Shown: positions 8,785-16,546, numbered from the stretch's first letter. The stretch is DNA of 38,670 nucleotides from Acetobacteraceae bacterium (GCA_947446625.1 CANFIE010000001.1:1-38670); one strand, 5' to 3'. The notes: generated from the sequence alone by a model not told the origin. Program-made: numbers and translations.

Positions 8785-10479
8785 ATGCCCGAAGCCCCCG
8801 CCGATCGCCTCGGCCCGCCCACCGGCGCCGATGCCGTGCCCGACGCTCATGGGCTGAACCTGTACGCCGCCGACCCCTGGCTGCGGCCGCTGCTGGGCCT
8901 GTACCTGCCGGCCGATCTGCTGGCCCATCTGGAGCCGCATCTGCACCGGCTGGGCGCCCTGGCCGGCGGCCAGCTGGATGCATGGGCCACCACCGCGGAC
9001 CATAACCCGCCCACCCTGGCGCCCCGCACCCGTCGGGGCGAGGATGCCCAGCGCGTCGACTACCACCCGGCCTATCGTGCCATGGAACAGGTGGCCTTTG
9101 CCGAGTTCGGCCTGGCCGCCATGAGCCACCGGGGCGGCGTGCTGGGCTGGTCCACGCCCATGCCGCCGGCAGCGAAATACGCGCTGACCTATTTGTTCGT
9201 GCAGGCGGAATTCGGTCTGTGTTGTCCCTTGTCGATGACCGACAGCCTGGCCCGCACACTCCGCAAATACGGCAGCCCGGAACTCGTGGCGCGCTACCTG
9301 CCGGGGCTGACCGCCACCGACCTGGACGCGCTGCAACAAGGCGCGATGTTCATGACCGAACAAGGCGCCGGCAGCGACGTGGCCGCCACCGCCGTGGAAG
9401 CCACCGAGAATGCCGATGGCAGCTGGGCGCTGCATGGCGACAAGTGGTTCTGCTCCAACCCCGATGCCGGCATGGCGCTGGTGCTTGCGCGTCGCCGTGG
9501 TGGGCCGCTGGGCCACCGGGGCATTTCGCTGTTCCTGCTGCCGCGGGAACGCCCGAATGGCAGCCGCAACGCCTATCGCATCGTGCGGCTGAAGCCGAAA
9601 CTCGGCACCCGCAGCATGGCCAGCGGCGAAATACGGCTGGAAGGCGCCACCGCCTTCCTCGTCGGCGACCCCGAGGCCGGCTTCCGGCAAATGGCCGACA
9701 TGGTCAACAACTCCCGCCTGTCCAACGGCATGCGCGCGGCGGGCATGATGCGCCGCGCGGTGACCGAGGCGATGTTCGTGGCCCGGCACCGCATCGCCTT
9801 CGGCCAGACCATTGTGAACATGCCCCTCATGCAGCGCCAATTGCTGAAGCTGGCCGTACCGATGGAGCAGGCCCGCACCATGGTGCTGCAAACTGCGGAA
9901 GCCCTGCGTCGGAGTGACGCCGGCGAGCCGGACGCCTACAAGCTGCTCCGCATCCTGACGCCACTGTTGAAATTCCGTGCCTGCCGCGATGCCCGCAAAG
10001 TCACTGGCGACGCCATGGAGGTGCGCGGCGGCTGCGGCTACATCGAGGAATGGGCCGACCCGCGTTTGGTGCGCGACGCGCATCTGGGCAGCATCTGGGA
10101 AGGTACTTCCAATATCGTGGCGCTGGATGTGCTGCGGGCGGCGCAGCGGGAAGGCTCGCTGCCCGTGCTGGCGGCGCATATTTCTGCTTGTGCCGGCAAT
10201 GCAGCGGAAGCCCCGGAACTGCCCGCCGCCCTCTCCCGCGCTGTGGCACTGACCCAGGCCGCCTTGCAAAACCCCGCCCTGGCTCGGCAGGCTGCCAGCG
10301 CCCTGTATCACCTGACCAGCGCCGCCGCGATGCTGTGGGAAGCGCGGCAGCTCAACATGCCAGCCCGGGCGGAACTGGCCCGGCTGGTGCTGCGCCACCG
10401 CGTGCTGCCACGCGACCCGCTGGCCAGCGAGGATGCCGGCGCCAGCGCCGAATTGCTCGGGCTGATGCTGGCAGCCTAG
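8785..10479 (+). CDS. AidB-like acyl-CoA dehydrogenase family protein
   Basis: In-frame ATG at 8785 within ORF 7582..10479, preceded by GGAGAAGGA. 564 aa. Contains FMTEQGAGSDV, WFCSNPDAG, IWEGTSNIVALDVLR. The TAG stop lies inside repeat copy 2. Confidence 0.8.
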   Translation: MPEAPADRLGPPTGADAVPDAHGLNLYAADPWLRPLLGLYLPADLLAHLEPHLHRLGALAGGQLDAWATTADHNPPTLAPRTRRGEDAQRVDYHPAYRAMEQVAFAEFGLAAMSHRGGVLGWSTPMPPAAKYALTYLFVQAEFGLCCPLSMTDSLARTLRKYGSPELVARYLPGLTATDLDALQQGAMFMTEQGAGSDVAATAVEATENADGSWALHGDKWFCSNPDAGMALVLARRRGGPLGHRGISLFLLPRERPNGSRNAYRIVRLKPKLGTRSMASGEIRLEGATAFLVGDPEAGFRQMADMVNNSRLSNGMRAAGMMRRAVTEAMFVARHRIAFGQTIVNMPLMQRQLLKLAVPMEQARTMVLQTAEALRRSDAGEPDAYKLLRILTPLLKFRACRDARKVTGDAMEVRGGCGYIEEWADPRLVRDAHLGSIWEGTSNIVALDVLRAAQREGSLPVLAAHISACAGNAAEAPELPAALSRAVALTQAALQNPALARQAASALYHLTSAAAMLWEARQLNMPARAELARLVLRHRVLPRDPLASEDAGASAELLGLMLAA

Positions 10480-10581
10480 AGCACTATGCGCCCTGTCGGG
10501 TGCATTTCGTGCTCTATAACTATTTGAAAATAAAGTAAGAAATCCGTTCTGATGATTCGATCAGAACGGATATTGCTCTAG
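10476..10581 (-). repeat. Double-hairpin low-GC intergenic element, copy 2 (orientation B, partly degenerate)
   Basis: CTAGAGCACTATGCGCCCTGTCGGGTGCATTTCGTGCTCTATAACTATTTGAAAATAAAGTAAGAAATCCGTTCTGATGATTCGATCAGAACGGATATTGCTCTAG. This is the reverse complement of the copy 1/4 architecture, with the inner base of hairpin A eroded. Confidence 0.9.
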
Positions 10582-10594
10582 CTGCCCCGCGGCT

Positions 10595-11371
10595 TCAGGT
10601 GCCGGTCCACTCCGCCGGCTTCTTGGCCAAAAAGTTCTGCACGCCGTTGCGGAAGTCATTGCTGGTGAAGCACATGGTCACCAGGTCGTCGCCATCCACC
10701 TGGCGGGCGGCCAGGCGCAGGCGGCGCATGGCTTCCTTGCTGGCGCGCATGGTCAGCGGCGCATGGCCGGCAATCAGCGTGGCCAGTTCGCGGACGCGGG
10801 CCTGCAAGGCGGCATGGTCGGGCAGCACCTCGGAAACCAGGCCAATGGCGCGAGCCTCATCGGCTTCCACCAGGCGGGCGGTGTAGATCAAGTCCAGCAC
10901 CTTGGCCGGGCCGAGCAACGCGGCCAGCCGGCCGTAATTCGCCATGGAAAGGCAGTTGCCCAGCGTTTTGGCGATGGGAAAGCCGAAGCGCATATTGGCG
11001 GCGGCAATGCGCATGTCGCACACCCCGGCAATGGCACCGCCACCCCCGGTGCAGGCGCCGGCAATCGCGGCGATGGTCGGCTTCGGGCATTGCTCCAGCG
11101 CCACCAGCACGGCGTCAATCCGGTGCTCGTAGGCCAGCGCATCCTCCGGCGTGCGGAACTCGCGGAACTGCGAAATATCGGTGCCGGCGGCAAAGGCCTT
11201 TTCCCCGGCGCCGGTAACAACCAGCACCTTCACCTTGGGGTCGTCGCCCACCGTCTCGGCAATTTCCTTCAGCCGGGCATACATCGGGAAGGTCATGGCG
11301 TTGCGTGCCTGCGGCCGGTTCAGCGTAATGGTGCCGATCCCGTCCGCGACCTCGTAGAGCAGTTCTTCCAT
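10595..11371 (-). CDS. Enoyl-CoA hydratase/isomerase (crotonase) family protein
   Basis: C-terminal 258 aa of ORF 10595..12556. MEELLYEVADGIGTITLNRPQARNAMT ... VLVVTGAGEKAFAAGTDISQF ... GGGGAIAGVCDMRIA. Confidence 0.85.
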   Translation of the reverse strand: MEELLYEVADGIGTITLNRPQARNAMTFPMYARLKEIAETVGDDPKVKVLVVTGAGEKAFAAGTDISQFREFRTPEDALAYEHRIDAVLVALEQCPKPTIAAIAGACTGGGGAIAGVCDMRIAAANMRFGFPIAKTLGNCLSMANYGRLAALLGPAKVLDLIYTARLVEADEARAIGLVSEVLPDHAALQARVRELATLIAGHAPLTMRASKEAMRRLRLAARQVDGDDLVTMCFTSNDFRNGVQNFLAKKPAEWTGT

Positions 11372-11458
11372 GGGGCTGGTCCTTGCGTGGTGGGCAACCC
11401 TTGCCGGGGAAGCCGCATCGGGGCAAGTCTGCCAGCGCTTTCGGAAGGAACCTTGCCC

Positions 11459-12631
11459 ATGCTGCCCTTGGCCCGCTTCACCGTGCTGGACCTCACCCGC
11501 GTGCGCTCCGGCCCCACCTGCGTCCGGCAGTTGGCCGACTGGGGCGCCAATGTCATCAAGGTTGAGGCGACCGAAGCGGTGGACACCGGTGGCGGCCTGG
11601 GCGGCGAGCGGCATGGACCAGACTTCCAGCACGTGCACCGCAACAAGCGCAGCATGACGCTGAATCTGAAGGACCCCGACGGGCTGAAGCTGTTCCACCG
11701 CATGGTGGCCCAGGCCGATGTGGTGGTGGAGAATTACCGCCCCGATGTGAAGGACCGCCTGGGCATCAATTTCGAGGCATTGTCGGCGGTGAACCCGCGC
11801 ATCGTGCTGGGCAGCATCGGCGGCTTTGGCCAAACCGGCCCCTATGCCCGCCGCCCGGGCTTCGACCAAATCGCCCAGGGCATGGGCGGCATCATGTCTG
11901 TCACCGGGCTGCCGGGGCAGGGGCCCGTGCGCGCCGGTATCCCGGTGGCGGACCTCACCGCCGGCCTCTACTGCGCCATTGGCATTCTGGTGGCGCTGCT
12001 GGAGCGTGAGCAGACCGGCAAGGGCCGCTGGGTCCACACCAGCCTGCTGGAAGCCATGGTGGCGATGATGGACTTCCAGGCCACCCGCTGGACCATGAAG
12101 CACGACGTGCCCGGCCAGGCCGGGAACGACCACCCGACCACGGTGCCCACCGGCCTGTTCCGCACCAAGGACGGCTTGATGAACCTGGCCGGTGGCGGGC
12201 AGGAGATGTGGAACCGCATCGTCGAGACGCTGGGCATTTTCACTGAGGCGAAGGACCCCGACCTGGCCACCGACAAGCTGCGCGCTGCCAACCGGGAAAA
12301 GACCAACGGCGTGCTGCAGAAGGTGCTGGAGACCGACACCAGCGCCCGCTGGATTGAGAAGCTGAACAAGGCCGGCGTGCCGGCCGGCCCGGTCTATTCC
12401 ATGGACCAGGTCTTCGCCGACGAACAAGTAAAGCATCTGGGCCTGGAATGGCCGGTGGAGCACCCGACGCTCGGCACGGTGAACCTGGTGCGTCACCCGA
12501 CGAATATTGAGGGCGTGGCCAACCCGCGCCGCCCCACGCCGGAACGCGGCGAGCATACTGACGCCATCCTGGCCGAGTTCGGCGTGAGCCCCGAGGAAGT
12601 TGCCGCGCTGCGCAAAAAGGGTGCGATCTAG
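11459..12631 (+). CDS. Family III CoA-transferase (CaiB/BaiF)
   Basis: In-frame ATG at 11459 in ORF 10763..12631. MLPLARFTVLDLTRVRSGPTCVRQLADWGANVIKVE, GFDQIAQGMGGIMSVTG. 390 aa. Divergent from the crotonase gene. Confidence 0.85.
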   Translation: MLPLARFTVLDLTRVRSGPTCVRQLADWGANVIKVEATEAVDTGGGLGGERHGPDFQHVHRNKRSMTLNLKDPDGLKLFHRMVAQADVVVENYRPDVKDRLGINFEALSAVNPRIVLGSIGGFGQTGPYARRPGFDQIAQGMGGIMSVTGLPGQGPVRAGIPVADLTAGLYCAIGILVALLEREQTGKGRWVHTSLLEAMVAMMDFQATRWTMKHDVPGQAGNDHPTTVPTGLFRTKDGLMNLAGGGQEMWNRIVETLGIFTEAKDPDLATDKLRAANREKTNGVLQKVLETDTSARWIEKLNKAGVPAGPVYSMDQVFADEQVKHLGLEWPVEHPTLGTVNLVRHPTNIEGVANPRRPTPERGEHTDAILAEFGVSPEEVAALRKKGAI

Positions 12632-13179
12632 TCACGCGTCAGCCGCACCTCCACCTCGCGCGTCACATAGCCCCATTCGGCGGTGGCGCGCAGGCGGGCG
12701 AGTAGTTGGTCAAAGGCCACTTCATGCTCGGGCGCGAATTCGAACCAGGTGAGGAAATCGAACTCCCCTCCCTGGTCGCGGCAATGGATCAGCCGCCGGG
12801 CCACGGCCGGCAGGTATTCCAGCCCGATGGCGATATGCTGGCTCTGCTCCTCCAGCAGGGCGCGGCGGGCATCCTGCGCCAGGTCCCACCAGGCCTCGCT
12901 CTTGCTCATCGGAATCAGTGCGGCGCGGGTTGCCCCTGGCCGGCCCAGCCCTTGCTGCACCCCGGCCAGGCGAGCGCGCTCGACCTCGGCGGTGTAGCGC
13001 AGGTTGCTGTTGGCCACCCCGCGCAATTGCCAGGCACCGGGCGGCGGCACATCTGGCCCCTCATGCATCGCCAGCCGCGCCGCCTGCGGCAGCGAGGCAC
13101 CGGCCAGGGCGGCAATGGCAGTGATCCGCCAGGGACCGGCCGTGCCGGCGGTGATGGCAATGGGGAGGGGCGTGGGCAT
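12628..13179 (-). CDS. Chlorite dismutase family protein (short clade-2 Cld-like, 183 aa)
   Basis: C-terminal 183 aa of ORF 12628..13719. IPMSKSEAWWDLAQDARRALLEEQSQHIAIGLEYLPAVARRLIHCRD...FDFLTWFEF. His and an Arg 13 residues downstream match the heme-ligand/distal-Arg spacing of characterised Clds (from memory). Confidence 0.7.
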   Translation of the reverse strand: MPTPLPIAITAGTAGPWRITAIAALAGASLPQAARLAMHEGPDVPPPGAWQLRGVANSNLRYTAEVERARLAGVQQGLGRPGATRAALIPMSKSEAWWDLAQDARRALLEEQSQHIAIGLEYLPAVARRLIHCRDQGGEFDFLTWFEFAPEHEVAFDQLLARLRATAEWGYVTREVEVRLTRD

Positions 13180-13190
13180 ATTCCATCCTA

Positions 13191-13240
13191 GCAAACCACG
13201 TGCCCAGCGAACCACGTGCCGCCGCGCACGCCACGTGCAG
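13191..13240. promoter_or_regulatory. Three CACGTG palindromes (two as AACCACGTGCC direct repeats) in a divergent promoter region
   Basis: CACGTG at 13197-13202, 13213-13218 and 13232-13237, with start-to-start spacing of 16 and 19 bp. They lie in the 126-bp gap between the Cld-like gene (start 13179, -) and the TarD-like gene (start 13306, +). Confidence 0.45.
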
Positions 13241-13305
13241 TCTTGACCCCGCCCCCGGCCTGGGCCAGCAATCTGCCATAGCAGTAGCAGAAGGCCCGCC
13301 CGAGC

Positions 13306-14484
13306 ATGCGCATTACCTCGATCCGCGACGGCGTGGTGCCGATCGCCTCCGACATCGCCAACGCCTTCATCGATTTCTCCAAGATGACCGCTTCGGTCGT
13401 GGCGGTGACGGTGGAGGACGGCAACGGACATAGCGCCACCGGCTATGGCTTCAACAGCAATGGCCGCTATGCCCAGCCCGGCCTGCTGCGGGAACGCTTC
13501 ATCCCCCGCCTGTTGGAAACGGCGCCCGCCGCACTGGAATATGGCGATGGCGGGCTGGAGCCGGCCGGCGGCTGGGCCGCCATGATGAAGAACGAAAAGC
13601 CCGGCGGCCATGGCGACCGCAGTGTTGCCGTGGGCGTGCTGGACATGGCGCTGTGGGACGCGGCGGCCAAGCTGGAAGGCGTGCCGCTGTGGAAGCTGCT
13701 GGCCATGCGCTATCGCCAAGGCCAGGCTGACGACAACGCCTGGGTCTATGCCGCCGGCGGCTACTACTACCCCGGCAAGGGCGTGGACGCGCTGGTGGAG
13801 GAAATGAAGCGCTACCTGGGCCTGGGCTACAGCGTGGTGAAGATGAAAATCGGCGGCGCCCCCGGCACCAGCGTGCGCGACGCACTGAAGGAAGACATCG
13901 CCCGGATTGAGGCCGTGTTGGGCCTGCTGGGCGGCGATGGCAGCCGGCTATGCGTGGATGTGAATGGCCGCTTCGGCCTGCATGCCGCCCTGGCCTATGC
14001 CGCCGCGCTGGAGCGCTACAAGCTGCGCTGGTACGAGGAACCGCTGGACCCGCTGGACTACAGCACCCACGCCACCCTGGCGGAACACTACCAAGGCCCC
14101 ATCGCCACCGGCGAAAACCTATTCAGCATGCAGGATGCCCGCAACCTGATCCGCCATGGCGGCCTGCGGCCTGACCGGGATATCCTTCAGTTCGACCCGG
14201 CGCTGTCCTACGGGCTTGTGGAATACCTGCGCACGCTGACCATGATGGCCGAGCATGGCTGGAGCCCGCGGCGCTGTGTGCCGCATGGCGGGCATCAATT
14301 CGCGCTGAACATTGCGGTGGGGCTTGGGCTGGGCGGCAATGAAAGCTACCCGGAGGTCTTCGCGCCCTTTGGCGGCTTTGCGGATGCTACCCCGGTGCGG
14401 GAAAGCCGCATCCGCATGCCGGATGCACCGGGCATTGGCTTTGAACAGAAGTCCAATCTGTGGGCGGTGCTGAAGGACCTGTGA
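13306..14484 (+). CDS. Enolase-superfamily enzyme, D(-)-tartrate dehydratase (TarD)-like
   Basis: 392 aa. DFSKMTASVVAV, GYGFNSNGRYAQPGLLRERF, MMKNEKPGGHGDRSVAVG, YAAGGYYYPGKG, VVKMKIGGAP, WYEEPLDPLDY, ATGENLFS and PHGGHQFALNIAVGLGLGGNESYP closely resemble my recollection of Bradyrhizobium TarD. Confidence 0.75.
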   Translation: MRITSIRDGVVPIASDIANAFIDFSKMTASVVAVTVEDGNGHSATGYGFNSNGRYAQPGLLRERFIPRLLETAPAALEYGDGGLEPAGGWAAMMKNEKPGGHGDRSVAVGVLDMALWDAAAKLEGVPLWKLLAMRYRQGQADDNAWVYAAGGYYYPGKGVDALVEEMKRYLGLGYSVVKMKIGGAPGTSVRDALKEDIARIEAVLGLLGGDGSRLCVDVNGRFGLHAALAYAAALERYKLRWYEEPLDPLDYSTHATLAEHYQGPIATGENLFSMQDARNLIRHGGLRPDRDILQFDPALSYGLVEYLRTLTMMAEHGWSPRRCVPHGGHQFALNIAVGLGLGGNESYPEVFAPFGGFADATPVRESRIRMPDAPGIGFEQKSNLWAVLKDL

Positions 14485-14490
14485 GCCGTT

Positions 14491-14513
14491 GGGGCCGGCC
14501 GGTGGCCGGCCCC
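14491..14513. terminator. GC-rich hairpin between convergent genes (candidate bidirectional terminator)
   Basis: GGGGCCGGCC-GGT-GGCCGGCCCC is a perfect 10-bp stem with a 3-nt loop, followed by GTTTCAC. It lies between the TGA at 14482-84 (+) and the stop at 14524-26 (-). Confidence 0.6.
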
Positions 14514-14523
14514 GTTTCACAGC

Positions 14524-15492
14524 TTAGTTGTTCTGCTGCACCGCGCTGAGCAGCCAATGGCCGCCACGGGCGCGCACAAAGGTCCAGGTCTCGGTGGCCT
14601 GGGTGCGCTGGGTGGTGCTGCCCTCGGCCACGCTGTTATCGGCCACGCGGAAAGTGGCATCCAGCATGGTGAAGCGCATGGCCACCGTGGCGTATTCCCG
14701 GCCATTCTCGGCCCAGGCTTCGGCCAGATCGCCCTGCTCCAGCTTCACATCGCGGGTTTCATTGCGCAGGCCCTTGCTGGCCAGTTCCGCCAGATCATCG
14801 GCGAAGTACTGCACCATCTCGGGCGTGCACAGCGTTTGCAGGGCGCGCATGTCCTGCTTCGACCAGGCGGCGTTCACGCCCTGCATGGTCTGCTCGAAGC
14901 TTTGGAAATCAGCATCCGCAATGGCTACCGGCGCCTCCGCCGGCGTGGCACCGCCGCCATTGCCACCCTGGAGCGGGCCTTCCGCCATGCGCGGCATGGC
15001 ATTGCCCGGCATGCCGGCCAAGGCCGGCTGCTGCGCGCCCATGCGGCGACGCAGGAAGCCCACCACCAGCCAGACCAGGCCGCCGATCAGCGCAACCTGC
15101 AGCAGCAGGCCGATAAAGCTGGCAAAGCCGAAGCCGCCGCCACCGAACATGCCATGGCCGAACAGCATGCCAGCCAAGCCCACGCCGATGAGGCCGCCCA
15201 TCAAGCCACCCATCAACCCACCGCCAAACAGGCCGGGGCGGGGTGCCGCCTGCGGCGCCGCCGGGCGGGCGGCATTGGGCGCACCCACGCCGGGGCGGCT
15301 GGGTTCGGTCATGCTGCGTTCAACCGGGCGGGCCGGAGCGGGGGCGGTATTGGTGGCCGGCGGCGCGCTGTAGGTGCGGCTGCCGCGGCTGCCCGCAGAG
15401 CTGCCGCCGCCAGGCCGGGCATCAGCCAGCACGGGGGCCAGCGCCATGGCACCGGCGGTGACAGCCACGAGCAGAAGGGAAGGGCGACGCAT
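14524..15492 (-). CDS. Tim44-like domain protein (signal/anchor + Gly-rich TM + C-terminal Tim44 domain)
   Basis: ORF 14524..15513; ATG at 15492 has AAGGAAT upstream. MRRPSLLLVAVTAGAMALAPVLA, GGLMGGLMGGLIGVGLAGMLFG. C-terminus FQSFEQTMQGVNAAWSKQDMRALQTLCTPEMVQYF...WTFVRARGGHWLLSAVQQ. Confidence 0.75.
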   Translation of the reverse strand: MRRPSLLLVAVTAGAMALAPVLADARPGGGSSAGSRGSRTYSAPPATNTAPAPARPVERSMTEPSRPGVGAPNAARPAAPQAAPRPGLFGGGLMGGLMGGLIGVGLAGMLFGHGMFGGGGFGFASFIGLLLQVALIGGLVWLVVGFLRRRMGAQQPALAGMPGNAMPRMAEGPLQGGNGGGATPAEAPVAIADADFQSFEQTMQGVNAAWSKQDMRALQTLCTPEMVQYFADDLAELASKGLRNETRDVKLEQGDLAEAWAENGREYATVAMRFTMLDATFRVADNSVAEGSTTQRTQATETWTFVRARGGHWLLSAVQQNN

Positions 15493-15783
15493 GCGTTGGG
15501 ATTCCTTGGGCATTCAACCGTGGGCAATATAGGCACGCATTGGCCACGTTGCGAGATGTTCATGTGTGAGCAAGTGTGACAGCCGGGTCGTCTGGCTATT
15601 CGGCAATTGTGCGCGGCTTCGGGGGCGTGTTAGACCGTCAGCGTTCATGCCCCATTGCGATTGTCCCGAACTGCGGCGGTTTGCGCTGCGCTTCCGGCCT
15701 GCTGTGTTGCGCTTGGCCATGTCTGTCTCGCCCGCGCCTGCCATTCCTGGCCCGGCGGCGGGCCTGCTTCTGGAGTATCCTGT

Positions 15784-16407
15784 TTGAAGCTCTCCCCTCA
15801 GCAGGTCGCGGCTGCCAAGGCCCGCGGTTTCGTCATGTTTCCCGCCACGCGCAGCCAAATTGACCGCATGACCATGCAGCGCCGGGTGTTTGACGTGGAT
15901 GGCAGGCCGCATCTGGTTTCCCGCGATGGGCTTTACTTTGAAACCCATGCCACGCTCGCCCCGGTTATTGCCGATGTGGTTGAGATGGCACCCCCGCCAG
16001 TAGCCGAGCCGCCCCCGGCGCTGCCGGTTGCCGCCCCGGTGGTGGAAGCCGCCGCCGCCGTGCCGGCGCCCGAACCCGCCGCCCCCGAGGCCCAGCCTGA
16101 CGCCGAGCCCACCACCGCCCGCCCGTTGCGCCGCCGCCTGACCAAGCCCGATTCCGGCCCGGTTGAGGGGATGCTGACATTGACTGCCCCGCCCGATGAG
16201 GGCGAGGCGCCGCGCAAGCCGGTGCGCCGCCGCGCCATGGCCGCCCGCGTGGCGGAACCGACGCTGCACGCCGAACCGATGGCCGAGGCCGAGGGACCGG
16301 CGCGTGAACCCGAAGCCCGGCCGGCCATTCGCCGGCTTTGGCAGGGTGAACAGCCGCGCTGGCAAGTGGCCGGCGCGATGCGTCGCGGCCGCACGCCGCG
16401 CGACTAG
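15784..16407 (+). CDS. Hypothetical protein: ~55-aa N-terminal domain plus Pro/Ala/Glu-rich disordered tail
   Basis: Within ORF 15655..16407. High GC3 coding-like codon usage. Candidate TTG start at 15784 sits 8 nt after GGAG; alternative ATG at 15835. No family recognised. The TAG stop lies inside repeat copy 3. Confidence 0.5.
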   Translation: MKLSPQQVAAAKARGFVMFPATRSQIDRMTMQRRVFDVDGRPHLVSRDGLYFETHATLAPVIADVVEMAPPPVAEPPPALPVAAPVVEAAAAVPAPEPAAPEAQPDAEPTTARPLRRRLTKPDSGPVEGMLTLTAPPDEGEAPRKPVRRRAMAARVAEPTLHAEPMAEAEGPAREPEARPAIRRLWQGEQPRWQVAGAMRRGRTPRD

Positions 16408-16508
16408 AGCACTATGCGCCCTGACGGGCGCATTTCGTGCTCTGTAACTATTTGATACCAAAGCAAGAAACCCGTTCTGATAATTCCATCAGAAAGGATA
16501 TTGCTCTA
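16404..16508 (-). repeat. Double-hairpin low-GC intergenic element, copy 3 (orientation B, partly degenerate)
   Basis: CTAGAGCACTATGCGCCCTGACGGGCGCATTTCGTGCTCTGTAACTATTTGATACCAAAGCAAGAAACCCGTTCTGATAATTCCATCAGAAAGGATATTGCTCTA. Confidence 0.9.
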
Positions 16509-16546
16509 ATGTTGGGCCGTACGCCGCGCGCGTGTAGGCCCGCCGG

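Noticed and set aside
8671-10398. N-terminal ~575 aa of the 911-aa minus-strand ORF 7663..10398
   Set aside because: Only the C-terminal 335 aa (from MTTRRALLGAG, with its own Shine-Dalgarno) is lactonase-like. The upstream part is antisense to the AidB-like dehydrogenase and is compositionally aberrant.
11372-12556. Upstream extension of the crotonase ORF (653-aa ORF 10595..12556), and similar extensions of ORFs 12628..13719, 23542..24243, 27288..29420 and 29616..33332
   Set aside because: The conserved protein families begin at internal start codons with plausible ribosome-binding sites. The extensions overlap neighbouring real genes on the other strand.
15514-16461. 315-aa minus-strand ORF opposite the hypothetical gene
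   Set aside because: It is Arg/Gly/His-rich and runs across an intergenic region and into repeat copy 3. The + strand frame has the better codon bias.
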